This document shows positions 24,412 through 37,624 of a stretch of 64,000 bases of DNA, piece after piece. The position numbers were made by a program, and so were the translations under genes. The stretch comes from Octopus vulgaris. Taxonomy: Eukaryota. Numbering within the stretch: the stretch's first letter is position 1; every line of letters starts with the position of its first letter. Location: NCBI GenBank assembly GCA_951406725.2, contig OX597814.1, positions 161,572,001 through 161,636,000 of the forward strand, in the 5' to 3' direction. The notes below the pieces were generated by a model, which saw only the letters and a list, made by a program, of their open reading frames with translations, made no database searches and was not told where the DNA came from.

Positions 24412-27269
24412 TACAGGGACCATCCCTCAGAGATGACAGCAGCATAATAGATAAGACAATTAAGGACATGAAGACAGGGAAAGCCCCTGGGCCATCAGGA
24501 ATCACTATTGAGATAATTAAAATTTCCAGTAGTGTGGGATACAGCTTAGTCACCTGTATTGTTAATCAGGTTATTCGGGAAGGCACCTCCTCAATGACTG
24601 ATGTAGTAGTATTATAGTTAGCTGATACAAGGGTAAAGATGATGCCTTAGATACAAGGAATCACAGAGGTATTAAATTGCTAGACCAAGTCATGAAAGTT
24701 ACTGAGAGGGATATAGCTCAACTGATTAGAAATAGAATTAAACTAGATGAGAAGCAGTTTGGTTTTGTACCTGGGAAGAGTACCACAGATGCTATCTTCC
24801 TAGTGAGAAAGCTGCAGGAAAAGTACTTGGCCAAGTGTAAGCCATGGTACTTAGCCTTTGACAGAGTTTCCCACTCTGTTATATAGTGGTCTCTAAGGAA
24901 GTTAAGAGTAGAGGAGTGGCTTGTTAGAGCTGTGCAAGCCATGTACAGTGGTACTGTTAGTAAGGTGAGAGTCGGCTATGAATACTGTGATGAATTTAGT
25001 GTACACCAGGGTTCACCAGAACTCAGTTCTCAGCCCACTCTTGTTCATTATAGTCCTCCAGGCTATAACAGAGGAATTCAAACTGGATGCCTGTGGAAAC
25101 TGCTATATGCTGATGACCTTGCTCTTATTGCAGAATCTTTAGTAGAATTGGATAAGAAATTCCAGGTATGGAAACAAAACTTGGAATCAAAGGGCCTTAA
25201 AGTTAGCCTAGCTAAGGCCAAAGTTGTTAGTAAGAAAGAAGATAAAACTCTCTTTCTGTCAGGTAAATGGTCCTGCTCAATATGTAGGAAAGGAGTTAGA
25301 AGAAATTCCATTCACTGCACCCAGTGTGAACTATGGACACATAAGAGGTGCAATGGAATCATTAAGTAGATCAATAGATAAAGCCATCTTGTATATGGCA
25401 GATGCACAGGAACAATAAGCACTAAGAGCACACGGGACTTAGATTCTCTCAAATGCCCAGGAGGCTCTCTTGAGGTTATAGATAGTTTTTGTTACCAAGG
25501 TGACCAGATTAGCAATGGTGGCAGATGCTTTGAAAGTATTCTTTCTAGAATAAGGATTGGGTGGAGGAAATTCAGAAAGTTATTACCTCTGTTGGCTACA
25601 AAGGGATTCTCTCAGAGTGAAAGGCAAACTATATGATACTTGTGTGCGAATGGCTATACTCCATGGTAGTGAGACATGGGCTCTGAATGCAGAAGACATG
25701 CGTAGACTGGAGAAGAATGAAGGTAGTATGCTCCATTGGATGTGCAACATCAGTGCACATGTATGGCAAAGTGCAAATGTATTGAGAGAAAAGTTGGGCA
25801 TAAGAGTAATCAAATGTAGCATGCAAGAGAGAAGACTATGTTGGTTTGGACATGTGATGAGTATGAATGAGGTAAGCAGTATAAAGAAGTGCTGATCACT
25901 GAAAGTGGATGGTGCCCGCAGAAGAGGGAGACCCAGGAAGAAGTGGGATGAAGTGGTGAGGACTGAACTCAGGATATTGGGCCTCATGGAGAAAATGACA
26001 ATGGACCGATGTGTCTGGTGATATGAAGTGCTTGAGAAGACCTGCCCACATCAGTGAAACAGAGTTCTAGAAGCACTGTGTCCCATCTACACTTAAGAAA
26101 ATTTTTCACACACTCTACCACAACAACCCAAACTATGTTTCTTCTCTTCCTCACATTTCTGCTTCATGCACTATACTTACCTCCCACTCCCCAATCTTGT
26201 CCTCTTGGCCTTGTGCCACTGTATCATTGCTCTCTGCTAGCCTTCGACCTGTGTGTTCCACCCACATGCCCTGTCTCACTGTATTATTGCTATCTGCTAG
26301 CCCCCAACTTGTGTATTCCACCCACATGTAACAAGAAAACTTTTCACTCACCCAACCCTAACACACCAATCTACATCTCCACATATCTTCCCTCCCTCAC
26401 ATTTCCTCCTTCATACACTATGCCTAGCTCTCACTCTCCAATCCTATCCTCATAAACCTGTTCCTCTGTATCATGCTACCCGGTAGACCCATTGACTCTA
26501 TAGAAACCCAGGTTTTCACCACTCACTCCCCCACCTCCACACTCTTTAATCACACTTCGTTTGCAATATCCTGCCACTTATATTATAGTGTTTGAACCTC
26601 AAGGGTATGCTCTGGCACTTGCCACCATCTATATCTCTCTCTTCCTTTATTCCACCATCCCATTTATATTCTGATCTACTCCCTTGTGAGTATTCCCAGC
26701 ATTTTGCCACTATCTCTATCCTGCTGTTTCCCACTCTCTCTCGCTCTTCTTCTCCCGCACTTCCCTCAGGTTGGTAACTATGTACTTCTTTTATGGTAGC
26801 ACACCTGTTTCCATCTTCATTTCTGATCTCTTTCTCTCTCTCCAGCCGGGTAACCTTGTATCTCCTGTTTCTATCTCTCTGTCTCACTATAACCTTTCAT
26901 CAGTAAACACAAGATCACCTCCTCCAGTACCTCCTCCTCTCTTGAAAAAAATTATTTTTTTTTGTCTTGCAAGTACTTGGTGACCCTGTCAGTGCAGGTG
27001 CCACTTAAAAGCACTCAGTTCACACTGTAAAGTGGTTGGTGTTTGGAAGGGTATCCAGCTGTAAAAACTGACCTAGCCTGTGCTTGTGCCATATAAAAAA
27101 CACTAAGTCCACTCTGCAGAGTGGTTGATGTTAGGAAGGACAACCAGCCGTAAAAATCCTGCCAAAACAGTTACAGAAATCTGGTACAGGCTTCTGCCTG
27201 GCCAGCTCTTGTGAAACATCCTACCTACACTAGCATGGAAGACGGACGTTAAATGATGATAATGATGAT
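24412..27269 (+). mobile_element. RTE-clade LINE, 5'-truncated and frameshifted (RT + PHD-like insert + long 3' UTR)
   Basis: KTGKAPGPSGI; QFGFVPGKSTTDAIFLVRKLQEK; LLYADDLAL; ILHGSETW; RRLCWFGHV; GRPRKKW; (GAT)n end at 27253-27269. Confidence 0.95.
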
Positions 27270-27487
27270 ATGTGTCTTAATGTCTCTGTCTTCCCACGAT
27301 ATCTCTTGACAACTGGTGTTGGTGTGTTTACGTCTCCACAACTTAGCAGTTTAGCAACAGAGACTGATAGAATAATATCAGGCTTAACAAAAATAAGTAC
27401 TGGGGGCGAATTTTTTTGATTAAAAATTCTTCAAGGTGGTGCCACAGCATGGCTGCAGTATAATGACTGAAACAAGTAAAAGATAAA
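27270..27487 (+). mobile_element. SINE-A 3' half
   Basis: ttgacaactggtgttggtgtgtttacgtc..ggtggtgccacagcatggctgcagtataatgactgaaacaag. Confidence 0.82.
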
Positions 27488-27724
27488 CAATAAAAGATCT
27501 TTGTACATAATTAATTTGAACATGTTTCTCTACTATTTTGAGATGTAAATGAACAGTGAAACTGGAAGGAGATTCAGATGGAAGCCAAGTTCTTTTTAAT
27601 ATATCACATATGTATCACACACACACACACACAAAACATATATTGTAGATATTATATGTATTATAATACAAGTAGTACATGTATATTATAAAATATCATA
27701 TATGTATAACATGTTTTAGAACAG

Positions 27725-28070
27725 TTTCTTATTTTTTTACTGCCCACAAAGGACTACACACAGAGAGGACAAACAAGGACAGACAAAAGGATTAAGTCGA
27801 TTACATCGACCCCAGTGTGTAACTGGTATTTAATTTATTGATCCTGAAAAGATGAAAGGCAAAGTTGACCTCAGCGGAATTTGAACTCAGAACGTAATGG
27901 CGGACGAAATACCACTAAGCATTTCACCCGGCATGCTAACGTTTCTACCAGCTCACTGCCTTATTTTTTTTTTTTCTCTAGGTGGAATTTGAACTCAGAA
28001 CGTAGCAACAGACGAAATACCACGAAGCATTTTTCCTGGCATGCTAACAGATCTGCCAGCTCACAGCCTT
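27725..28070 (-). mobile_element. SINE-B full copy plus duplicated head
   Basis: Reverse complement of 44311-44544; a second head copy at 27980-28070. Confidence 0.88.
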
Positions 28071-29368
28071 ACTTTAGAACACTTTCTGTCTACCAAATTT
28101 CACTCATGGGTGTTGGTCAACCTTGAAATAAACAATGTCTATGACTATAATGCATCATTTCATGAATCCTTACATAAAAATAAAGTCTTCATCTGTGTGT
28201 ATGTGTTATTTTGTATTACAATACAGCTATAGATAGTAGATTTGGAGCCTGTATTTTAAAATTGGGTTTCCTCTTTGTACAGCAAATCACTCAACTATGA
28301 AATGAAAGTTGTAGCTCCTTTTCAGCTAGGTTTAGTGAGACAGCAAGAGTAATGTGTAGAACACATGGTAAGCTGCTAGCAACTTCGAACTTTTGCTTTG
28401 TGAACCTGAATCTGTCTATCAGAGCTCCACTTTCAATGTTACTATTTAATAAAAAGTAAATGATAAATTTGAATAATATAGTAAAACTGTCAGTTGGTAT
28501 CTATAAATAATAATTCACCTACTTTTGTGTCTGTAGAAAGTGAAGAAAGTTAAGTGATATATTTTGTAAGTATAGTACAAGTTGATGGCTATGCAACAGT
28601 TGTGAGTTCAAAATTTGTCCACAGACACAAACCAGTTCTCTTAGTGATTGTATAGATACAGTTTTGTGAATCTGTAAATTAATGCTTCCCCCAATTCACA
28701 GCTGAGCGGTTAACATCAGATAGTGCCTTAATAAACCACTTAGCAGTGAAAATAAATCTTCAGAAGTAGTTTACCTATGTTAAATAGAGAAAAAAGGGGT
28801 AAGAACTAAATACAGGCTTACACACAGGACTAACAAAGGAACACGTTAGTCAAATCATTAGCCTGACTCCTTCAAATAATACCCTATAGAGTACATTGAA
28901 CAGTGTTGTCTGAGGTATATTATGGCTGAAAAACAGTTGAGTTGGTCATGGCTGAAAGGAACGTGATTATAGGCTTGCACCATCAAAGCTAACTTGAGCT
29001 AAACAACAACAACACACACAGTAACCACACACACACACACATCCTCTCTCTCTCTCCATTCCGTTTTAGTGTTCATGTTTGGTTTGAACTTGCTAAACAA
29101 TATTGATCTAGAATCTGAGTCCCAAGTTTCAGGACAATGGTTGCATGCATAAAGACCTCTGCTGCAGATTACAATCAATAAATGCTGGCAAGTTGAAATA
29201 TGTCATGTTGGGTTGGTAGTTTCTTAATGTAGTGTCTTCATTTTTCTCTATTTTTTTTTACGTTAGATATAAGGCCTCTTTTCATGGAAATAATATACAT
29301 GTATGCAATTGTTGTAGTGGTAGTGGTGAAAAATAGTTAACTAATCATAGAAAAACAGACAGATAGGA

Positions 29369-29403
<35 letters not shown>

Positions 29404-29404
29404 A

Positions 29405-29443
<39 letters not shown>

Positions 29444-29505
29444 CGTGTATGTGTACATATATACAACAGATATATATCTATATATAGCACATAAATACAT
29501 ATGTA

Positions 29506-29557
<52 letters not shown>

Positions 29558-30193
29558 TATAAATTATATATACGCATATCAATTGGATAGATTGATAGAT
29601 GGATGGATAAATTTAATGAAGAAATTCCAAAATTAGAAGCAAAACCTAAACTCAAGACGCCTCAAAGCAAACCTTGCAGGAAATGAGACAAGACCCAAGT
29701 TCTGACAGGAAAGTGGCCATGATCAATATGCCAAAAAAGGTGAATTTCATGTGTTGCATGCATGTGTGTGTGTGTGTGTGCGTGTGCGTGTGCTCACATG
29801 CTCATATTAGAGAGAACTCCAGATTATAAGTGCAAACTCCCTGCTCTCTGGACCCTTTCTTTTCTTCCTTTTGCTTTCATTCTCTTCACTAGACCAGACC
29901 AATCCCTAAGTTTTTGTTCCTCCTATTGTGTACATACAATTTTCCATTCCTGCCATCACCCCCTTTCCCACCTGTTTAACTACTAGTCTGAATCTAGCTG
30001 CACTGTTTACTTGTATAAGCATGTGTGTATGCGAGAAGAAATGTTTTCTGTTTCCTATTTTACTATCTCCTTATATTTAACTATTCCTCACATTCTCTCT
30101 TTCTTTCTAGTCTCATAAAGTAGGTATGTGTGCAAGCATGAACACCTGCAAATCTTTTTACCACACTAAACTAATGATTTTCATCCTATTTTC

Positions 30194-30230
<37 letters not shown>

Positions 30231-30384
30231 TCATATATGTATGTATTTATATATGCATGTATGTATGTGTATATATATATATATAAATATATAAACACAC
30301 ACACGCATGCACGCACACACACACACACACACATGCATGCACGCACACACACATGCATGCACGCACACACACACACACACACAC

Positions 30385-30545
30385 AAAGGCATGGGTTTGT
30401 GGGAAGCAGCTTGCTTCCCAACCACATGGCTCCAGGCTCAGTCCCACTGTGTGGCTCCTTGGGCAAGTGTCTTCTACTATAGCCTCAGGTGGACCAAAGC
30501 CCTCTGAGTTGATTTGGAAGATGGAAACTGAAAGAAGCCTGTTGT
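30385..30545 (+). mobile_element. SINE-A head
   Basis: cagcttgcttcccaaccacatgg..gtggctccttgggcaagtgtcttctactatagcc. Confidence 0.82.
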
Positions 30546-30546
30546 A

Positions 30547-30587
<41 letters not shown>

Positions 30588-30661
30588 TTATGTATATTTG
30601 TGTATATATATATATTTTATTAAATTAATTATATTTCACCCCTTATATGTATCGAATATAT

Positions 30662-30706
<45 letters not shown>

Positions 30707-30742
30707 AGAGAACAAAGTGTACGTACGCCACTATATATATAT

Positions 30743-30938
30743 ATATAAAATAAAATACAAAATGGGACAAGAACGCAAAACATTCGGACAACTAGGTGAT
30801 ACAAAAAAGGACAACAAAACATCCAGATACATGATATGTTTTTTGTATCATCTATCTAGACATTTTGTTGTCCCTTTTCGTATCACATAGTTGTCCGGAT
30901 GTTTTGCGTTCTTGTCCCATTTTGTATTTTATTTTATA
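30743..30938. repeat. ~95-bp-arm palindrome embedded in (TA)n
   Basis: aaaataaaatacaaaatgggacaagaacgcaaaacat pairs with atgttttgcgttcttgtcccattttgtattttatttt; centre ~30840. Confidence 0.9.
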
Positions 30939-30959
30939 AATATATATATATATATAAGA

Positions 30960-31305
30960 AGCAATTATAGAGGCATCAAACTCTTAGTCCAGGTAAATTA
31001 TGCACTCAAGAATACCTGTACTCTTAGCAGAAGTGCTAAGACAGGTCCCATTGGTAGTGGTGAGGACTGACCTGCAAGAGTCCTGTGTCAGTGCCATGTA
31101 AAAAGAGTCCATGCAGTGGCATGTGAAAGTACCCAGTACACTTTGTAAAGTGGCTGGCATTAGGAATGGCATCCATGCGTAGAAACCACACTAAATCAGA
31201 CTGGAGTCTGGTGCAGCCTCCCAACTTGCCAGCTCTGGTCAAACTGTCCAACCCATGCCAGCATGGGCAACGGATTTTAAATGATGATGATGATGATGAT
31301 GATGA
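30960..31305 (+). mobile_element. RTE 3' tail
   Basis: gtggctggcattaggaatggcatcc..ccaacccatgccagcatgg followed by (GAT)n. Confidence 0.8.
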
Positions 31306-32528
31306 TCCCTTCAGGTAGATGGCCCTACTCTATCTGTAGAAAAGGTGTAGGTAGAAATTCTATAAGATGTACTTGGTGCAAACTATGGACACATTAGAGT
31401 GCAACAATATCAGAGGAAGGTTAACAAGGAAAATAGCTTATGTGTGTTGAAGATGCACAGGTACAATAAACACTGAAAATGTACAGAAAATAAACTCCAT
31501 CAACTGCCAGTGGAGTGAGCTAGAGGTAGTAGATAGCTTCAATTATCTAGGTGACCAAGTTAGTAGTGGTGGTAGATGCTCCAATAGCATAGTTGCGAGA
31601 ATAAGAATAGGCTGGGCAAAGTCCAGAAAGCTCCTACCTCAGCTGGCAACAAAGGGCCTCTCCCTCAGAGTGAAATACAGATTGTATGATGCCTGTGTAT
31701 GAACAGCTATACTACACAGCAGTGAAATATGAGCTGTAACAGCCAAGGACATGTGCAGACTGGAAAGAAATGAAGCCAGTATGCTTCGCTGGATGTGCAA
31801 TGTCAATGTGCATGTACAACAGAGTGAAAGCACTTTGAGAGAAAAGTTGGGCGTAGGAGGCATCAGATACGGTGTGCAAGAGAGATGACTGTGCTGGTAT
31901 GGTCATGTGATGTGTATGGATGATGACAGCTGGGTAAGGATGTCCCAATCTCTGTAGAGGGAACCTGTGGTAGAGAGGTAGACTCAGGAAGACATGGGAC
32001 AAGGTGGTGAAGCATGATCTTCAAACATTGGGCCTCACAGAGACAATGATTAGTGACCAAGACTTTTAGCGATATGCTGTGCATGAGAAGTCCTGTCAAG
32101 CCAAGTGAAATCATAGTCATGGTTGATACTGGTGTCACATAACTGGCACCCATGCCAGTGGCACGTAAAAAGCACCTTTCAAGTGTTGGGCCTCATGGAG
32201 GCAATGTGGCCAATGCCAGTGGCACGTGAAAAGTTGGGTTTCATGGAGGCAATGTCAAAAGACTAAGAAAGTTGGCATTATGGTGTGCTTGAGAAGAAGA
32301 CCCATCAAGCCAAGTAAAATCAAAGTCATGACAGACACTGGGGTCACACATGCCGGTGGCATGTAGAAGCACTCATTACACTCTTGGAGTGATTGGCATT
32401 AGGAATGGCATCCAGCTGTAGAAACCATGCCAAATCAGACTGGAATCTGATGTAGCCTTTCAGCTTGCCAGCCCTGGTCAAACCATTGAACCCATGCCAG
32501 CATAAACAATGGATGTTAGATGATGATA
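31306..32528 (+). mobile_element. RTE LINE 3' part (PHD-like insert to tail)
   Basis: GRWPYSICRKGVGRNSIRC, YLGDQ and LCWYGHV remnants; RTE tail. Confidence 0.9.
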
Positions 32529-32539
32529 TATCAATGTGT

Positions 32540-32727
32540 GTAAGTCTTTGTGTTTTTCCTCTCACCACAGCTTGACAACCAGCATTTTGGCAAAAGAGAC
32601 TGATAGAATAAATACAAAGCTTAAAAAAAATAAGTCCTGAGGTCAAACTGTTTGATTAAAACCCTTCAAGGGCGTGCTCCAGCACAGCCAGTCTAATGAC
32701 TGAAACAAGTAAAAGATAAAAGACAAG

Positions 32728-32768
<41 letters not shown>

Positions 32769-32975
32769 TGTCTATGTGTCAGTGTTTGTCCCCCACCACC
32801 ACTTATCAGTTTATATTTAGATCCCTGTAACTTAGGAGTTTAGCAAAAGAGTCCCAAAGAATAAGTACCAGGCTTAAAAAAAAAAGTTATTGTTGTTGAT
32901 TTGTTCGGCTAAAAGTTTTTCAAGTGAGTGCCCCAGCATGGCCACAATCTAATGATAGAAACAAGTAAAAGGTAA
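32540..32975 (+). mobile_element. Two tandem SINE-A 3' halves
   Basis: Tails gctccagcacagccagtctaatgactgaaacaag (~32710) and gccccagcatggccacaatctaatgatagaaacaag (~32965). Confidence 0.8.
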
Positions 32976-33109
32976 CACATAATATATGTGTGCATATTTG
33001 TGTGTGTATATATATAGATGAGAGGCAGAGCAGACTTGACACTGACAGATTGGGTGCAAGAGACTGTTGCAGTGAGTGTATAAATATAAAGATAATACTT
33101 TTAGGACAT

Positions 33110-33895
33110 CCTTTCACTGTGACAACTGGATTTTCTAGAGTACATCAATCATCTTAGTACTTTGTCATCTCCTCTGTGAGGATCAACATATTGGAATCAG
33201 CCTTCAATTTTTTTTGTCCTATATGTTCGTGGGTCTCCCTTTTCCATAAATTTCATCCACTTTAAGTGACTAGCACTTCTTTATACAACTGTCCTCATCC
33301 ATATATATCACATGACCATATTAATGCAGTCTTCTTTCTTGCACACTATATGTGACTCTTCTGATGACCAATTTTTTCCCCAACACATTTGAATTTTGTT
33401 GTACAAGCACACTGATATTACATATCCAACAGGGCATAGTAACTTCATTTCTTTCTTGTCTTCACATGTCCTCTGCATTCAGGGCCTATATTTTTATTAC
33501 CAGGTTAGCATTGTTATTCATACACAAGCATTATAAATTCTGCCTTTCACACTGAGAAAGAGTAATGTTTTGTTACCAACAGAAATAATAGCTCTCTGAA
33601 CTATCTCCATCTTATTCTAGAAACTATACTTTCAGAACATCCTCTTCCACTGCTAATTAGGTTACCTAAGTTTCAGAAACTATCTATTTCCTCTAGGAAG
33701 CCTCCTAGGCATTTGAGAAAATCTATTTTCAGTATATTCTTAGTGTTTATTGCGCCTGCACATCTGTCACATACAAAGTCTACTTTCGCCATTAACCTTC
33801 TTGTAATTCCACTGCACGTTTCGTATGTCTATAGCTTGCACAGTGTACACCAATAGAAATTCTACTTACACCCTTTCTTCATATCAAGCAGAGGA
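33110..33895 (-). mobile_element. RTE LINE fragment
   Basis: Reverse complement of the PHD-like insert through the GRP..W region of the other RTE copies. Confidence 0.85.
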
Positions 33896-33974
33896 ATTAT
33901 ATATAATATCTGTATATGTATGTAGGTGTGTATATATTTCAAAAGTAACCTTGCATTATTTGGGAAGCAATAAT

Positions 33975-35600
33975 GTCGTCGTCGTCATCATCATCATCAT
34001 CATAATCTAACATCTGTTTTCCATGCTGACATGGGTTGGACCAGTGTGACAGGAGCTAGCAAGGCTAGGAGCCATACCAGGCTTCATTGTCTGTTATGGC
34101 CAAGTTTCTATTGCTGGATGTTCTTCCAAATGCTAATCACTTTACTGCATGTATTGAATGCTTTTTATGTGGCACTATCATTGACAGGATCACCAGATTC
34201 CTTGTAAAGTGAAAAAGTGAGAAAAAAGGCGAAAAACCCTTTGACTGGGAGGAGGGAGTAGTGCTGAGCGGGCAGTGGCTTTGTGACAGTGAAGGTATAG
34301 AGGGCCATAAATAGGTGTCTTGCTGTAGTGTAGATACATGGATACCCCAGTTGGAGAGGAAAGGAGAGTCAGTTAGAGAGTAAGATTACGAGAGTGATAA
34401 GGAAAGACATGAGTCTTGAGGGGTTTGGGGATGGTGAGAATAGGTGAAGTGATAGAGGTTTGAGCTGAGTGAGTAGGTAGGATAGAGGTAACTGTTGCAA
34501 ATGATTGAGACAAACTTAGCAGAAGCTTAGGGAAGGGAGTTGCAGTAGTTATGTGAGGACACTGAGGGTGAAAGCAGAAAGGAGCTGGTTGGTGGAGACA
34601 GTAGACAGGTGAAGATAATGAGAAATATAAGTGGTTTAGGACTGGGAAGAGAAGTAACTAAGAAAGTTGGTGGGTGTAGTATGTGCCTAACCTGCTTTCA
34701 GATAATAGAGAAATGATGGGTGTTATGGGATGAAATGTGGGTGGGGGGATGACAGAGGCAGAGAGGATGGGGGTGAAGTGGAGCAGAGCCCCTCACAGAC
34801 AAGCATTACTAAGGTGGTTTTAGGATATCAATTTTGCTGTGGTGGGTGGATCTTCTTGAGTACAGCAAGGCACCAAATATCTCAGTCCTTGTCTTCTCTT
34901 TCATAAGGCTCAGCATCTTGAGATTGACCTTCAGTATTGCATTCCATGTCTTCCTAGGTCTCCCTCTTCCACAAGTTCCATCCACTTTAAGTGATTGGAA
35001 TTTTTTTATGCAACTGTCCCTGTCCTCATCCATATGCATCACATGACCAAACCTGTGCAGTCTTCTCACTTGCACACTGCATCTGATTCTTCTTATGCTT
35101 AAATTTTCTCAATACACTATTACTATGTTGAACATGTACACTTACATTGTATATCCAGTGAAGCATACCAACTTCATTCCTCTCTCATCTTTGCATGTCC
35201 TCTACATTGAGGGCCCATGTCTGACAACCATGTAGCATTGCTATTTATACACATGCATCATACAACCTTGCTTTTACTCGGAGACAGCAAGACCTTCAGT
35301 TGCCAACAAAGATAAAAGTTCTCTGAACTCTTCTCATCCTATTCTTATTCCAGAAATTACACTTTCAGTACATGCTCTTCCACTGCTAATTAGGTTACCT
35401 AGGTAGCAGAAATTATCCATTACATCTAGAGTGCTTTCAGGACATTTGAGAAAATCAATTTCCAGTAGTGTATCTGGACACTTTATAGCTCCTGTGCATC
35501 TTTCACATACAAACCCTACTTTCTCTGTTAACATTCTTATTATTCTGCTGCATCTCTTGTGTATCCATAACTTGCACTGGGTGCACCAAATGGAATTTCA
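33975..35600 (-). mobile_element. RTE LINE 3' part with UTR and (GAT)n tail
   Basis: ORFs RRLHRFGHVMHM..GTCGRGRPRKTW and LTEKVGFVCERCTG..FCYLG; (CAT)n at 33987-34003. Confidence 0.9.
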
Positions 35601-37404
35601 GATCAATGTTTGTTTTTATGCCAAGTTATGCATGAAAAGCAGTTTAACATTAAACTGAAGAATTACTCAATACTTTTTGGTGGAGTATATGTTTATTAAA
35701 CTTTTACAAAACTAACAAACTTCTTAACTACCCGGCTATGCCTGTATATCAGCATACACACACACACACACATTACTATCATTATCATTTTAATGTTCCT
35801 TTTCTATGCTTGCATGGGTCAGATGGAGTTTACTAAGATTTTCTATAGCTGCATGTCCTTCCTGTCACCAACCCATACCTGTTTCAGAGCAAGGTAATAT
35901 CCCCAGGCCAGACATGTTTCCACAATCAGAAATGATAACACTCATTTACAACAGTCATGTGATGTCAAACAAGGTGACACAAAGATACACACATTCACAC
36001 TTTCATATACATATACACACATTTACACATACATACATATATACATACATTTATGCGTACCTATATACAAACATACGCACAATGGGCTTCTTTTAGTTTC
36101 CCCTCATACAAATCCACTCACAAGGCTTTAGTGGATCCAGGGGTATCATAGAAGACACTTGCCCAAAGTGCCATGCACTGGGCTGAGCCTGAAACCATGT
36201 AATTTGGAATATCCACACAGCTACACCTGCAAATACACACATACATACATACATACATATATATATAAATATATATATATATGAATGAGAGACACAGGGA
36301 GAGAGATTGATATTGCCAGTTAGACTGACAAAAGAAATAATTAAGTCTAAAGCAAGATGAGTAAACACATGATTTGATATATAGATTAGTAGGTTTCACT
36401 AATTTATCAGAAGCAAAAAAAGAAAAAAATACAAACTGAAAGGAACAAATAAGAATGTTTAATAGGCAGTCATAATACAAGTCTGCAGACAATTCTAAAG
36501 CAGTCTATACTTGGTTAAACAACACAATTCAATATTGTCTGCTGATAAGATTCTGCTATTCACCAAACTTCTGTGATTTTTATCCAAAGTAAATATAAGT
36601 ATCTTAGACAATACTACCAAAATGATTGAATGAAAAAAAAGTAATTCTCGGTGGAATTTTGGATACAATTTCTAAAAACCAATAAAGAACACGTTATGAT
36701 GATTGTGTTTCTAGAGAGTTTTTGTTTAAAATATTCACCTATGAAGAAGACACACTTCCTATGTACTACATCTTAAAGGTGTCAAAGGTGAGAATTGAGA
36801 ATCATACTTTGGGTGTCAGGATGACGGCTAAATGTGTAAAGTGTTAAATTTTTATTTTGTCACTTGGGCGATAAATGATTTGTGAAAGGAAGCCCATTTA
36901 AATTTTGAAAACAGAGCAAGCATTGTGTAAGTAATTATTGTTTTGTTTTGTATAAACTTTAACTCTTAACCCTTTAGCATTCAAAATACTCTATCAAATG
37001 TAATACCTATTTATTCATGTTGTTTTGAATTAATCATGCATTATCTTTATTTGTTTCCAACAATACAATGTGATGTAGGGCAGCACATAGTTTAACAAAA
37101 TAAAAGTCCTACTATAAGTATTATAGATCATTATAGATTTTTTTTCATGGAACACTGACACTGGTAACTATGCAGTGAAGTAAACCATGAAATATAGTAA
37201 GTGTAGTGAAGATGAAGCTACTAAAAGCTTGCATTATATTGCCAATTAATGATCAGCCAAATTAAGGATATTGTTTTGGTTTGTTTCTCTATTCAGTTTG
37301 TGAAACTTTGTAATTTCAGTCTATTAAATGCAAAAGTTGCACAAATTTTAGAGTAGCCCTCTTGTAGTGTCGAACTTCTCAAGCCTACTTTTCTTTATCT
37401 TTAA

Positions 37405-37624
37405 CCCTTTCGTTACTGTATTTCTTTTGAAATGCTCTGTGTTTCTTTCAATGACTTTAAATATTACAAAGAATTTAGTAAAATAACTTAGTTATCATTA
37501 AGCTAGTGTTAGGAACATAAATTGTAACTAAGGTTTGGGGGAAGATTTTAATTCAAAACTTATGGAAACAAGACATTTGTACTCAGAGCCAGAGCCGGTT
37601 TCAGCCGGGTTGGTAATGAAAGGG
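37405..37624. mobile_element. piggyBac-type MITE, family P2
   Basis: TTAA TSDs at 37401-04 and 37625-28; TIRs CCCTTTCGTTAC / GTAATGAAAGGG; inverted sister copy at 62511-62731. Confidence 0.9.
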
